From the human T2T-CHM13v2.0 reference genome, Homo sapiens: a stretch of 64,000 nt of DNA. Below the pieces are notes generated by a model, which worked only from the letters and a program-made list of their open reading frames with translations, did not search any database and was not told where the DNA came from. The DNA lies in the NCBI RefSeq assembly GCF_009914755.1, contig NC_060926.1; one strand, given 5' to 3'. Shown piece by piece: positions 1-15,998 of this stretch. Made by a program: the position numbers and the translations under genes. The stretch's first letter is position 1. Each line of letters opens with the position of its first letter.

Positions 1-99
1 CTGCCACTTTTCCTTCTTATCCACCTTCTTCTTTCAGCCCATATTTGGCTCTTTGATTGAAGTACAGTTCAAACTTTATCACCTCTCTGACCTTTTACC

Positions 100-370
100 T
101 GGCATCCCTCAATACCTGCTCCATTTTCTGAACTCCCATCAGCCCTCAATGCCTCCTTTGTGACGGTTAGCATATATTACTCTGTATTCATTTTATTGTT
201 TGTGCTCTAGACTTGTCAATTACACGACACATTTTTCACCAGACAAGCTCAAGAAGATACTGAAATAACCGCACCAGCATATTGCTCTTACATTGTTTTT
301 ATTCCATCACCTAGCACAATGCCACACATAGTAGGAGCTTAATAAGTGCTCACAATTATTTTGCTAAAGG
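100..370. mobile_element. L2 LINE 3' fragment
   Basis: cctagcacaatgcc..cacatagtaggagcttaataagtg resembles the L2 terminus. Confidence 0.55.
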
Positions 371-835
371 GGATGATGATGGCAAATTCTATTCACTAGT
401 CATTGGTGTGATAAAGAGCGTTTAAGTTTCTCAACACTTCTACTTCAAAGATTTATGTATTCTGATGTGGGGCAGCTACCTATTGGGCTTAAGGCTCTGC
501 AAGCAAGGGAGAGCCCAAGCCACAGTTCTGATGCCTAGGGCCTAAATAGGAGTCACAGAGTTACCTGGGCCTGCCATAACCTTGTATGAATCTAATGGTG
601 AAGTTAGATCTCGCTAGTAAAGCCTTCTCTGAGGCTTGATGAGCATGCATCATCTTATCCAGTAGTATTAATTCTATTAAAGGGGGCAAAGAAACAGGCC
701 AAGGTATAGCCCACTACAGTTTCAACTCTCCTTGCCTTTTTTAGTTAAATGGGTAAAGCTTATGTATAGGGTGTTTTCAACTGATCGGTGCCTACAAATG
801 GAGAGCAGAGAAAAGAAATGTCATGTTCAGAATGA

Positions 836-1510
<675 letters not shown>

Positions 1511-4109
1511 AAAACTTGCTTTCTTTATTTAGAATTCAACCTCTGTCTGTGTCTCACGCTGATTTTTGTTCTTAGCATGTATATAACACTCTCTGCTCCC
1601 AAACACTAATTGTTTTTAGTACTGCTAATTAAGTAGTTAATAAGACTTGACTGTGAGGCAGATAAATATTAATAGTACCTATTGGATGGGAAAACACAAT
1701 CATCCTCATTTGCAACATAGAGATATGGAAACGGAAGCATACAGTGTGGATATGCAAGTAAAAGGGGACCTGAAAGCAATAGTAAACACGATTTTTAGCA
1801 GCAAAACTGAGAATACCTTGAAAGAGTTCTTCAGATGGGTAAAAAAAAAAAAAAGAAAAAGAAAGAATGAAAGAAAAAAATCAATATACTTTATAGAGAG
1901 TCTTTACACAAGTGCCCAAATTTCAAAGGCCATTAGTATTACTTAAGGTATGGTAAAAGTTCATTAGTGGGAACACAATTTATCGACCCTGAGAACTCTC
2001 TGTTCATCACTATTGGCACATCCAGCTCAGCACACAGCAGCAGGGAAGACAGAGGCTTTAGGGATGTGACACTGATCTGATGGCCATTGACAAACAGAAA
2101 TGAGCTGCTCTGAAAATCTGTAGATAGGAAAGAATCGCTTGCGTTGTTTTTAATATTCTTATTTTCTTCAGACAAGCTGTGGATCACCAGTAACTGATGC
2201 CAGAGAGTTGCCTTCCCAAGAAACTGTAAACAAAAACACCCATGTGCCCATGTACACACTCATAAACACAATCAGAATGGATATATATAAACAACTGTTT
2301 TGCTAACCACTATTGTAGTACCTGGATGGAGGGGGCAGATGGCTGTCTTAGCTTCCTCTATGCTCCCAACAGGAACACTTTGACATAAAGGAATGCATGA
2401 CTGCATGATACATTTAGGCTGGATGCAAGAGCAGCTACTCTGACCCTGCCAGTTCAGAGGCAAGACCCAGAACAGCCTCCCCAAGGAAGGCTTTAGAAAC
2501 AAAAGAACTCTCCTCTGGATAGATGCCATAGTCTGGGATCATGGCTCAAGGGAGAGGCTGTACCATGTATCCTCTCTCATAATCCTTCTTTTTCTTCTAT
2601 GACTTCCTGGCATGTATCAGACCTCAAGAAAGAACCTCACTGAAAATATAAGATTGTGTCTTCAGATAAGAAAATGGGGACATAACATAAATATTTATCA
2701 TGGAGGAATAATGCCAAAGATTTGACTACATTTAATATCATGAAAAAAAAAAGGTACAGTGGTGTTTGGGTTCAAGAAAATACTCAGACCTGTTTTCCTT
2801 GCACTATTCATGTTACTATCAATTGGAAACAGAGACTTAAGAGATTACAGCTGAGCAATGTGATACACTGGTCTAATGGGCTCCTGTGCATCTTAATGAT
2901 CCCAAACCATAATTTCTCTGGAGGATCCACACACTGTAATCCTGATAAATTCCCCCTGTGCTTGGGCTAAAGATGATTCTAGACTCACTGCTATATAGTA
3001 CCTATAGGAGTACAGTTACTTTATGTATTGAAGAGTAAAACTGTTATCAGCTCTAGGCTGAAGTACATTTTTTAAAATGCTGATTGCTTAGAAGCAGGAC
3101 ATACACTAACATGATCGCTGGTGTGTCATTGAAAACTATTTAAATCTGATTTTACCAAGTAAAAATGACATGATAGTGGTATACCTATTTCAGAGGCAGT
3201 GTCTATCATGGGAATACATGGAATTGGGGCTTAGAGGGCCTGGGCTCTAGTCTTCATTGTCCACAGGGCCTTGAAGTGATTGCTTCTGATTAGGTCTCAG
3301 TTTCCTCATCTGTAAACCAAGGCACTGCACAAAATTGGGCTTCTGTTCAAAACACTGTATCTCTCACTAGCTTCATGGGATGTCTTTTCGAGTGCTGCTT
3401 TGTTCCCTCCCTGAAGCCTAATGGCCACCAAAACCACCAGCCTCTTTTGTCATACCCTTTCTTGGTGGCTTTCACTGATACATCCTTATCTCTGCCCCAA
3501 ATGCTAAGACTTTTGTAACATGAAAAGCCACTTCTGGAAAAGGCTGGTCACATCTCAGACTGATCCAGGGCTTCAACATCGAATACTAAAAGGCAAGACA
3601 GGTGACATAAAAGTCTGACTGAACCAGGATACTGCACAGGAAGTAGTGAGTCCTGTGGCAAAATACATACTGCAAGTCTCCACCCTAAAAGCCTTCGGAT
3701 TAAACCACTTATAATGAGGGCAATGGCTAAACAGTTCACGTAACTACAGTCACTTGAGCCCATTACCAAAGCTAGTTGACAATCTCAGGATTAAATACTC
3801 ACCAAGGCTCCTGGAAATTGGGGAATTTGGGAGTTAAAAATAAGATTGATTTTGAGAAAGCTTGACCCCAAATATATAGAGTCAGTTTTACTCCACAGCT
3901 ATCAAACTCTAAATGCTCTTCCTGCTACAGAAGATAAGCAATACTTCCAGAAGTTTTAGGAAGTCCTGTGGCTACCCTGCCTTTTATTTTATTCCCTGTG
4001 ATCATAACCAGCCGTTGGATTTCAATCCTTCTTTTGATTTTCATGGTATCTCTCTCTGTCCTACTGAACTATGGGGGAGAAAAACAAGTGACAGAATGGG
4101 ATTGTGGAG

Positions 4110-4420
4110 GAAGAATGAGGGAGTGGGTCAGAGCGTGGGGTTTACAGTGCAACAGCCATAATTAAAGCAAGGGCTCTGCCACTGCCTGGCAGTTGAAACT
4201 ATGAGCAAACTTTTTTTTTAGTCCTACCTCACGGGGCTGCCTTGAGAACAAAACGACTTTGTGGATTTAAAGTGCTGCATGTGGGGTCTGAAGGCTTGTA
4301 AATGCCTGCTAAATATAAACAGCCACCTGATACCACACAGACCACTGCTAGAGAAGTGGACACGGATGGTTCAATTGCCCCTTTACAGGGGAAATAGGAA
4401 TTTGGAGTTTTCTCAGGTAC
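4110..4420. mobile_element. MIR fragments
   Basis: ggctctgccact..tgagcaa, ccctttacaggggaaatagg MIR-core-like motifs. Confidence 0.45.
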
Positions 4421-5759
4421 AAGCTATAAAATTGTTTTCTGTTTCTGCCTGAATGGCTGGATTCTACCATACCCAGCTTTATTCCATGTCGGTGAAGAAA
4501 ACACATCATCGAAATATGTGTTTCCTCCAAAGAACATGCAGATAAGCCTGACACTGTTCATATGAACGAAAATAACTGCAGAGAAAATGCCTTTCTTCCG
4601 TGTTTTGTTTAGTGGCAAACAAGCAAACAAACAAAAAACAAACCCAAAACACTGAAGAACCTAGGTGAGTTACATTTTCTGCAAATGTAATTGACTTAAT
4701 GAAGATAAAATATATTTCAGATAACAATATGAATTTAACCTGAATTACTGATTTCATTCGCACTTGTAGACTTGGACCCATGATTTGGAGGCATCAAAGG
4801 AAGAAAATTTGGGTTTAATATGATCACTTTTGTATTGTTGTTCTAAAGGGGTACAGTCCATTCTCCTAAGGGAATCCACAGGTTTTTGAGATAAACTAAA
4901 TTACTTGACGAGGTACACTGAACAGAAACTGCTAAGTTCATGGAAATAATTTTTTTTTTCTATCAGTATCAGTAGACTCTGTTACTTCAGGATACTTGTC
5001 TGGGCCAATTCATGATATGCCATGAAAAATGTATTTCTGGCTGCCCAGTGAAGAGCTGAAGCCACAGCAGATTTGCCTTTGTGTCATAACTAATGGCATA
5101 TTCTAAAACTGCACAGTAATGCTTATTATTTCACCTCAAGGATCTTCTGGTGACTTAGATAAATCGCTCAAGATTTTTTTCTGTTTTGTCTTTGCTACCT
5201 ACATTCCTTTTTGGAATTATTTTTCTCATCTGCATTTGGAGTACACTGTATATTTTATATTGTGCTCTTAATTAAAAAGAAATTTTAGTCTTTTTGCAGC
5301 AATTTTACAGTGCCCATAAAAACTGGAGGCACACATTTCTGCAGAACATGATTCTTTTGGAATCTCCAAAAGCCCCCAGCATCTCTTTCTGCCTCATAGT
5401 GTCCCTGAGGTATGCTATCTCACAGTAGCATGTCTTTCTGTGTCTCACTGCTTAATTGTACCAAGGTAGATTTATCTGTTTACTAGTTATTACTTGGATT
5501 TGTGTAGCTATTTTTTTTTTGTAGCTGACCTGAAGGGTCCCGTTTTCCTTTTTATCGTACCAAATGGCTTCCTTGTCTCTTTCCTGAGGCACCATTAACA
5601 AAAGCAGCCATGGGAAGTCTTTCAACAGTTGTACACAGAGCTGCAATAACACTCCCCTCACTCCTTAGGTTTGTAACTAAGTCAGCATAGAGTTTCAAAC
5701 AGGAGAAAAACAATCGAGAAATTAAAGCCTTAGAAAAAGAAAAAGAATTCAAAAATGTT

Positions 5760-6260
5760 GAAGCAGCAATTATAATTTGTCCTCCAATATCTATTTCTCA
5801 CCTTCTTCCAAAGTAATTTCAGCTGGGCACACACCCAGAACAAAGACCTCTTTGCCGGGTTTGTTTGGTGTGGCTGTGTGAGTAAGGTCTGTTCACAGAG
5901 ATGTATGTAGTAATGTATGAAAGCTTTTGGAAGTGTCCTTTAAAAGACAGCTGCTGTATGCCCTTTATCATCTTCATATTCCTCAGCTTTTATTCCCTTC
6001 CTGATGGCTGGAATGTGTGGATGTGATGACTGGAGCTAGCATAGTCCTTTTGGACCATGAAGTGACCTTGAAAATGGGGCCACATTCCATGAAATACAGA
6101 GATGGAAGCTAGGGACCCCAAGGACTTTATGGAGCAAAGTTACCATTCCTGTTCGGCCTACCTGTCGGTTTATATGTGAGAAAGAACTAACATTTTAGCT
6201 TATTTAACCCACCTCATTATGGATCTCTGTTGCTCACAATGGAACCTAATTCTAACTCTA
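5760..6260 (+). mobile_element. MLT1-type (ERVL-MaLR) solo LTR
   Basis: ctggagct..ttggaccatgaagtgacc and the terminal gaacctaattctaactctac resemble MLT1J/K. Confidence 0.65.
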
Positions 6261-6779
6261 CGTAAGTGTACTCAAATCTATTTATGCATGTTAGTATAAA
6301 ACTGGAAGCAGTTAAAATTATTTGTAGAAGGAACTGTGACATTTTGACAGAAATAGTAGGCAAGAAAGTCTAGCAAAAGTATCACAATGCCTGTATCATA
6401 GAAATTTTAAAGAATATTTAAGTATCTCCATGAGCAGCAGTCAACCCCTAATAAAATTATTTTCAATTAAAAAAATCAAAATGGCATAAATTATTTTGCT
6501 GCCATTTATCACATCATCCTGAATATGCTGCAGGATCTAAAAGTTTCTTTTGGAGAAGTCTCTATTTCACAGATAGAAATCAAAGTAAACAAAATCTGAG
6601 GGAACTAAAATTTAGCTTCTCAGAAACTTCATGGCCGGAGATGGTAAACATTCCATAAAATTCACTGAAATAGCCAAATTTGGGCAAAATTGACCTGCAT
6701 TTACTGTCTGCCCCAATAATGTGATCTGATGTTGTCTGCAGGCAGAATGGCAAGGCAGCAAACTCATAGGTATGGAAAT

Positions 6780-6960
6780 TTCAGGCACAGTGGTTACCAT
6801 TATTTTATATGTACCACAAACTATTGCAGTAACTGTTCTACATGCTTCCTTTTGTAGGGTCACCACAGCAATCCCAGGAAGCGGGAATTGTTATTCCCAC
6901 ATTACAGAAGAGGAACTAGGGCTCAGGGAAATTAAATGACTTCCCTAACTCTTGCTGAAT
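6780..6960 (-). mobile_element. MIR
   Basis: attcccacattacagaagaggaactagggctcagggaaattaaatgacttccc (MIR core). Confidence 0.7.
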
Positions 6961-7323
6961 TTTAGACTTTTGTTAATGCTGTCCAAAAGAAGATACTCGT
7001 TTTATAGGAATTGGGAGAATTCACCAACTTATTGCAAGTTTGTATTTACTAAATAAAAATGGTGGGTTTGCTACTCATCTGGGTAAATGAAAATCACCTT
7101 CAAAAGGCTTTCTATTATTTTACCGAAAGTTTGGATTTTTTATTACAAATTCTATTGGTCACTGATGTTACTTCATATGCCATGTAAAACACAAACGATT
7201 TTCACTAAGTGAATAAATACAGAAGTATTGCATCTATCAATCACAATTTCCTAGCTTAACAACATGAGCTCCAATATAGTCACAAAAGTGCCTTGAAAAG
7301 AACAAAGTCAGAAAGTGACCTAC

Positions 7324-7362
7324 CTTTTGAGTAAGCAGAGCTTGAACAACTTGGTTGGCTAC
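7324..7362 (-). CDS. NCKAP5: NCKAP5 internal coding exon, 39 nt, phase 0/0
   Basis: Minus strand reads tttctttattttttaaag|GTAGCCAACCAAGTTGTTCAAGCTCTGCTTACTCAAAAG|gtaggt = VANQVVQALLTQK, directly continuing ..RCLDE. Not present in the supplied ORF track. Confidence 0.93.
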
Positions 7363-7904
7363 CTTTAAAAAATAAAGAAAAAGTTGTCATTTATAATAAT
7401 GAGACTTTATATGCACCGACTCTAATTTACCAATAAGTTTCTCGCAGCTTATTGTAGCTAATTAGCTCCTCATTTGCCTCTTTCCTCTATATGCAGAGAT
7501 CTGATTATTTTCATAATAAGCCTATCCTTCTAGGTAATATTTTGCTTTCTCCAAAGGTGACCTTGTTGCTAATTAAGATGGTTACACTTAAAAGATCATT
7601 CATACCTTGACTTTCACATTTCCATATTTGGAAAAATGATATCCTTTCATATACTCCAAGAAGGCTAAAAAATGATATAGTGCAAAACACAGTCCTAATT
7701 ATCTGTCCACAGTTTCTACACTTTGCTGATTTACAATATCCTTTGCCTGTCCTTCCTATTCCTTTGCTGTCTATTTCACTGCTTAATATTACTTGCAATA
7801 GACATAGGTTGAATGGTCTAGCATAGGGACAACTCATTGTTTCCTATGTGTCCTGCTTTCATCTTCAATGTTTTTGCTTATGTCACGCTCTTGTTGTTGC
7901 TACC

Positions 7905-8520
7905 TGTAATATAATCTGGTAGTTGTTTACTACAACATCCATTTTTTCCCCTCTTCCTGAGTAACAAACCCAATCTTTTGGGGCTGGGCACATTCAACTG
8001 CATTTCCCAGCCATTCTTGTAGCGAAATGTTGCCATGTGACAAAATTCTGGCCAATAAGACATAAGCAGACTATTCTCTTGGGCTTACAGGAAGTCTCAA
8101 AGAAGAAGGAGGCTCACCCTTCGTCTTCCTGACTAGAAATGGAAGTACAGTAATGGCTGGAGCTTCAGCAGCTACCCTGACAACAACAGTCACATATTAA
8201 GGATATTTGGACAGAGAAAAGCTTGGTCCTGATGATGTTATGGAGCTGTACTGTCTATTGAATATCTATGTGGTGGAAATAAGGTAGTCACTGTTATTTT
8301 GAGTTTCTTCCAGCGAACAACAAAATATAATTCTTAGTAATTTTTTCAGGGATCTCATTTTCTTCAAGTATCAGGCAGCTTGAGACAGCAGAAGAACCTA
8401 AATCCCTCCTCAGCCCAAGGCAGTGAATCTTGATTAATCTAAGCCAATCTTGGCAATTCCAATGATTGGTTTAGGAGTGGGCATATAACACAATTCCAGC
8501 TAAGGACCACATGTAAAACC
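7905..8520 (+). mobile_element. MLT1-type LTR fragments
   Basis: catttcccagcc..ccatgtgacaaaattctggccaataagacataagcaga..gctggagcttcagcagc. Confidence 0.7.
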
Positions 8521-9698
8521 AGTAACATGTTCCTGGTGTTTCAAATACCTGGCATTTTCTCCAGGTAACCATTCGTTATTACTGTATGTATTTGTGTTAA
8601 GATTTCTTTTTCATCTGCATATTTCAAAATACTTTGCATAGAGTCACCTACTAAACTTCACTATTACCTTGAAGCTATGTAGCTACATGGCTACCGTTGA
8701 TAAAATTAAGGTGGACAGGTGAACTAGGTGGTATTTTTCAGCTAATACATACACTGTAAACATTTAATGTGATAACTGAAATTGACAGCATGAAAGACTA
8801 AATCAGAATACTTAAATATCCTAGATATAAGGCACTCTGGTTCATTCATTTCTTCCTTCATTTATCCAATATAAATTTTCTGAGTATCTACTTGCAAAGC
8901 TAGATGATTGGGCCATGGTCCTTGACTTCAAAGACTCATACCTGGCAGTGAGTTGGCAAAAACACAATTATAACACAGTGTGACAAACATCTAATCATCA
9001 TGGTAATTCTTACAGTCAACGGGAGACTGAGGGACACTTTTGTGTTATTTTTCTCTTGGTAACATATTTGTTTTTGGTGGTGCCCAACTATTTGTGCTTC
9101 TTTCTCTATCTAGTATAGTCGAACAGATTATAGTAAGAATGTTTCCATGGAGCTTGTTTTTTGACTCAATACTGACAAATAGTACATCCTTCACAACAGC
9201 TGGCTACCAGTAAGTCTCATAGAAAATTAAAACACAGGCTGTCATCAACTTTTGATTAGAAGGCAATCACACCACAAGCAGTAAAAGACTAAAATCAGAT
9301 TATCTGTAATTGATTAGTTAAATTATATGCACAAGAAGGATTTTTTTCCCATCAGAAGTCTTTTCAAAGTTACATTGCAGACATTAAGTAAAAAAGAAAG
9401 GCTCTTCATTGAAACTATGATTTTAAATAAAATGTTTTCTTAGGTATTGTTTTTGAGTGAAGCACAAGTTACAGAACTACCACAGACCAAAATAAACTAT
9501 ACTTTCATTAACTGAGGCCATATGTTCCTTTATCACTTTATTTATATGTGATCACAACAGTGATAAATGTTATCCAACCCACACAAATTGACCAATAGCA
9601 TAATAGTGAAAGTCAGTTTTCCAGCATTCATTCCAATTCATAAGTAACTGAGAATTCAAAGTCAAACTACATATCATCTATTTTATTGTTGGCAAATA

Positions 9699-9726
9699 AA
9701 CAAAACAAAACAAAACAAAACAAAAC
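9699..9726 (+). repeat. (CAAAA)n microsatellite
   Basis: aacaaaacaaaacaaaacaaaacaaaac. Confidence 0.9.
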
Positions 9727-11478
9727 AGAAGAATCGAACTATTCATGCAGGTTGAATCAGGAACAAGGTACCAAAGTTAATTCATGCCATAAATAATTTA
9801 CTTCTTTTGGATCTCAAACTTTGGATTTGATTTACATTCTCATAAAACTGCCCAATATCAATATTTTCTTTTCTTTCTCCCAATTGGTCTCTCACTGAAA
9901 CCATTCTGGTAACGGTGGTCACATAAAATAGCTCTATCCATGATTTATCAGGAGACACGGACTAATATCCTAACTCTAACAGCCCACAGGAGGAAATATG
10001 TTATATCTCACAATCCAAGCAGTTGCCCTATAGGCTTAGAGACTCTATATCTAACACAGTTCCTTCTGGCATGTACTTTGGAAAATTGTTTGCTCCTCTT
10101 GAAAACTGAACAAAGATACACGAATGCCTTATTTCTTTACCTACTGACATGAGGTTATATTACCTAGAAGGACTCACTGCGCTTCTTTGAAAAATATCAG
10201 GCAGATTATAGACATGCTTTCCTCCATACTGTCTATAACGACAGTGTCCGAGGTTTTGTTATCGCTTTTAACAGCTAACTTCCCTGATGCATAAATAGGA
10301 CAGCTGTTTGGAGTTTGTGCCTGCAACCTCTACTAGGCTCAAAAGATAATGCCTGGAATGCGTCCCTGCCCTCAAGCTAACATTATGCCCTAAACATTTG
10401 GGTTGCAAATAATCACACACCCATAGGCCCAGCTAGTGAGAACAAATCACTTCCAATGTCATCTGCCAGCTTTCCTCTCCAGAGAAAGGGCAGCAGCTGT
10501 GCTAGGCTGCAAGGGACTTGAAGCACACTGGAAAAACAAAGCTGGCAGTCCTTAAGCCACTAGCTTGTAGTACAGCCTTCCTTAGGCTGTCCATGGAGGC
10601 CTCTCCCCTTTGCTCCTAGGAGATGGAGCAGGGCTGCAGGTGAGACAGGAATGCCAAGGAGAGCGCCTGAGTACATCTCGTGTTTCCTTCTCAGTAAGAA
10701 TTTTCTCAGACAATCTAGCTCCTCTAACACATGGCTGATCTTCTACTCACACAAAACTTTGCTCTTCTTCCCTGAAAAACTTCCAGGGCTCGTGATTCCT
10801 CCATGCACTCTCTTGGAAGTGGGCGAGCAGAGGGAGGAAAAGCTGGGGCTATGGAGTTCTCTATTATTTTATTGAAAAACAGTCCTTGAAGCTGAATAAG
10901 AAGCCACACTAAGCAGTTTATTCAGAGAGGGAGCCAATTCTCAGCCAAGGGCTGGGGTGGAGGGTGGAGAAGCTTCAGGTTTACGGGCGTGGGGAGCGAG
11001 GATCTCCATGCTCTATGCTTTGACAGTCCTCTCCTGGCTAGTGGGCTTGCTTTCATACCTTCATGAGCTATTTCACCATGAAAAGCCACTGTCATGTCAA
11101 CAAAGTAACTGAAAAATCTCATCAGAAAAAGTATGTGTTTTTGAAAATGTGCTTTGGAGAGGTGTTCTATGCTTCTGATCTTGGTTGATTGTACTGAGGC
11201 AGCTAGGAGAAAGCATGGAGAATATGGACTTGGGTTAAAACAGTGCCTATGTTAACCTCATACACTGACATGCGCAGGGGATGGGAGAGAAATCTGACTT
11301 TTCTCAGCCATAAAATAGGGGAGCTGCCTACCTCTAAAGTTGTGAAAAAGGCATGAGATGATAGACATAATCAGCGAAACCACCTAGGACAGGACTTGAT
11401 ATAAAGCCGTCACCCCTAAATGTGAATCAGGCCAGTTGAACTTCGGAAAATATAATGCATGTTCAGGTAAGCAGTTAA

Positions 11479-11801
<323 letters not shown>

Positions 11802-12418
11802 GAAAAAATGTTTTTTAAGAATAAGGGATTCTACTTGGAAAGGCGTGAGGGGTATGTATATGTGTGCGTGTGTTTGTGTGTGTGTCCACATAATATACAT
11901 GTATAAATGTAAGTCACTAAGCATCTGTATTATTCATTTACTTTGTGAAACAATCCTGTAAGATAGAAACAAGAAAGAAACTCGAAGAGGTAAATACACA
12001 GCCCCATACAACATTGGAAAAGGGTGAACAGTGAACCCTAGTCTGCCTAATCCAAAGCCCATGAAGTTCTCTTCTAATTCAAATCAGACTATTTGAAGTG
12101 GGTCCACTATTTTTTTCAGCTGATTAATCTTTGGATTATTACTTGGGTTAGTGCATAATAAATGAGTGCTCATCTCTGAAGAGATAACTGAAGAAATTAG
12201 TCTAAATATATATGTGGGATTTGGGGAAACACTAATTTGGAAATTAATTTCCTGCTGATACTGTCCATTCATTCATTTAGTCATTCAACAAATATGCATT
12301 AGGCACCTAGTGTGGGCCGGCAATCTGCTGGGTCTTGCAGAAATAATGAGGAAACAAATACAGGGACTGCCTCCAGGGCGATAGAATCTGGAGCAAACAA
12401 GGAGTAGATCATCTGTAA

Positions 12419-12794
<376 letters not shown>

Positions 12795-13049
12795 AAAACC
12801 TTGATTTTAAAGATGACGTAGGGCCCAGCTGTAGGATATGCCTGAGAGTGTCCTGGGAATGATTCTACAATCTAGGCTAGCCATGTAGCATGTGGATCAG
12901 AGAGACAGGTGAGAAATAGTCTCAGCAACCTACTTCCACCCTTACTTAAAATTCTATTTTTGTCTATTTCTGAACTACATCCAAAGGCCTAGTTTTCAAT
13001 GTCCTTGCGCTCTGAAGTGTAGAGGTTGGAAAATAACTCAACTCCACCG

Positions 13050-13270
13050 TCGTCACTGACTGTAAGGGCCCAGCTCTGATTGGAGAGGAAGAAGCAGTTT
13101 CTCCAACTTTTCGTGCAGAAGCTCCTCCTGGAATGTTTGTGAAAATTGCCAATTTCCTGTCCCTGCATACTGATTGGGAAGGTCTGAATGAGGTCTACGG
13201 ATATGCAATTTTAGCAACCACCACACATCTTTCTGATGCAAAGGGCTCCCAGAAACACACCTTGAGAAAC
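13050..13270. mobile_element. MER5-type hAT-Charlie MITE
   Basis: cagtttctccaactt..ggtctgaatgaggtc..cacaccttgagaaacactg. Confidence 0.6.
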
Positions 13271-13483
13271 ACTGGGATATGGTTTATTTTATTTTATTTT
13301 ATTTTATTGCCTGTAGCTTTATATTATCTCAGACATTGTTGTGGAATCAGAAGTACTTTAAAACTTCCACATGGGTCTGTGCTCTTCTGTTACTGTATCT
13401 AAACTTGGTGGAGGGAGCTTTCATCCTTCTACTGAAAATTTCTGAAAATGCTCTCTACAGCACAGCATTCAGATAATCTAATT

Positions 13484-13665
13484 GTGGTGTTCTTAACCCC
13501 AGGTGAATATTATAATCTCCTGTGGTGCTTTAAAAAAACAGAAAGCCCAGGCTCCACCCAAGAGCAGAGTCAGATGGGAATCTCTGAGGTGTGACACAGC
13601 CAGCAGTATTTTTAAAGGTCCCCAGGTAAGTCCACCAAGCAGGTACAGAGGAGAAGCACTTGCTG
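13484..13665. mobile_element. MER5-type hAT-Charlie MITE
   Basis: gtggtgttcttaaccc..cccaggctccaccc..gaatctctgagg..gagaagcact. Confidence 0.6.
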
Positions 13666-14468
13666 TTCTGGATCTGAGACCTCACCTGCTGCAGCTTCTT
13701 CTGCTGAAGATACCCTTTCCAATTCTGCCCCCTCCTCTGCTCACCTACCCGCTGCTCCTCCTGCCCTCTGGTGACTGCATTCTGTGTTTCCAAAGTCCTC
13801 AGTGCAGCTCATTTGCTCTGTGACTTTCTCTCACCTCCCTACTCTATGACTGTCCATCCCTTGCACTTCTCCTGCCAGGCTGGGAGTGCCGTGAACTCAG
13901 GGCCTGGGTGAGGCTGACATCCAGTAAAGGTTTTCAGGATACAACGGAATCCATTGAAGTGCCATGCAGTGGTTTTGGATGTTATTTTACTTATTTTACT
14001 TCTTTACATGGGAATAGTAGGTATGAAAGAAACTGTGGCCAAGGCAATACTGTGAATAAATAGCAAGTCATTGCTCACCACTAAGTGTCTGTCAAACAGC
14101 TAGACTAAGAAACCTGATTCTAACATGCAAACCTCCAAACTCTAAGATTAATCCTTGTTTTTTCCTTTGTACTGCAAGGCTGAGAGATGAGATAGGGAGC
14201 AGTAGCGGTGAGGATGAAGTGTATGCAGGCACACCTGTTTGTATACAGGTGTGTGCGCATGCATTTGTAGGTGTGTGCACTTGTGGATGTGCATGCCTAG
14301 CAAGCCAGGGTGTATGTGTGTGTGTGTATCTAGGAATGTGAGTCTGTTACCTTCTGAATAAATGTGCTCTTCTATTGGAACACAGATTCTCAAGTGTTTT
14401 CCCCAAATCCTCAATATGTTCCTCATTTCCCAGAAAATAACCATCAGTGCAAGAAGGATTGAAGAACA

Positions 14469-14778
14469 TTTTGTTTATTTATTTGAGATGGGGTTTCACT
14501 CTTTCACCCAGGCTGGAATGCAGTGGCAGGATTATGGCTCACTGCAGCCTCGACCTCCTGGGCCCAAGAGATCCTACTACCTCAGCCTCCCAAATAGCTG
14601 TGTCTACAGGTACATGCCACTACATTCGCCTAGGTTTTATGATTTTATTTTTTTTATTTTGTAGAGACAGAGTCTCCCTGTGTTGCCCAGACCGGTCTTA
14701 AACTTCTGGGCTCAAGTAATCCTCCTGCCTCAGCCTCCCAAAGTGGTAGGATTATAGATATAAGCCACTGTGCCTGTC
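14469..14778 (-). mobile_element. AluJ-like
   Basis: ctcgacctcctgggcccaagagatcct, ctgggctcaagtaatcctcc; TSD approximately aacattt. Confidence 0.92.
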
Positions 14779-15811
14779 TGAAAAACATTTTAAATTTACA
14801 TTTATCCACCTGTGTATGTTTGATGACACCCACTAGCAAGGAAAAAACTTACATAAGGCCTTACCTTGTTAGTTTGTTTAATTAGCATAAAAAACCTTGA
14901 AAAGAATTTCCAGTTGGCATTATTACTACATTCAACTACCCCATTGAGAGTGTTCTCTTACAATGTGTGGAAATGGATTATCTACCCTCATGTAATTAGT
15001 TATAAAACAACCTGCATGTGTAATCAGGGGTCAGTATTCATGAATACAAAATATGTGTATTGCTTAGAGGCAGTTCTTTGTCACAAATCACCTCTTTGGC
15101 AACAGTTAATTTTTGCAACTAAGAACAGAGGAACACGCCCTCTAAAAAGTCTGTCTTCAGTGGAAACTTTATATGAAATGATTTTGTGGATAACTTATAT
15201 TTTTGTCCCACACATTCTGATGAAACGTACGGAGTGCAGGCATGGGAAACACACAAAATACAGACTATGAGTTTCCATAAAGAAATGTGAGTGTTTTGAT
15301 TGACAGGGAGGGTTGACCTACGGGAGAACTGGGACAGTTTCTGTGGTGTGAGTCACATCAATCTGACTTCTAAATACAGATAAAATCTCAGCAGAAATTT
15401 CTGTGCAGGAGGTTAAAGTGAAACTTTGCTAATCAATACATATGACCCAAAGGCATGGTATGTTCCTTTAAATATCCTTGGATCTGTTTGGTCTTTCTTG
15501 CCCTAAACTTTGACTGGACCACGAGCCCAGGGAGCAGTGAGGGCTGCTGAACTGGCCTCACTAGACTCTGAGCCATGTCAGAGTCAACTAACTTTAGTGT
15601 TTAACTTTGGACATTGTCAAGATTATTCTGGTCTTTTAAGGTCCTGACAGGGCAGAGAATTGCAAATACCATTTTGCTTGAGTAACCAGTGTATGTGGTT
15701 GGGAATATTAAACAATTAACATATCTAATATTAAACAAATAATTTTCTGAGGACATTTTGAGAGTTCTTCAACCACATATAAGTAACCAATACAAAGTGG
15801 TATGATGATGA

Positions 15812-15998
15812 CAGTGTCTCAAACTATCAAGTGCGCCAGCATCATCGGGAGGGCTTGTTGACACATAGGTCGCTGAGCCCTACCCCAGAGTCTCTGATTC
15901 TGTAGGTCTGTCGTGGGTCCTGAGAATCTGCATTCCCAATGAGGCCCTAGGGGAGGCTGACGCTGCTGGTCCAGGGATCACATTTTTAAAACCACTGG
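15812..15998 (+). mobile_element. MER5A
   Basis: cagtgtctcaaact..ggagggcttgtt..gagaatctgcatt..gctgctggtccagggatcaca..accactg. Confidence 0.85.
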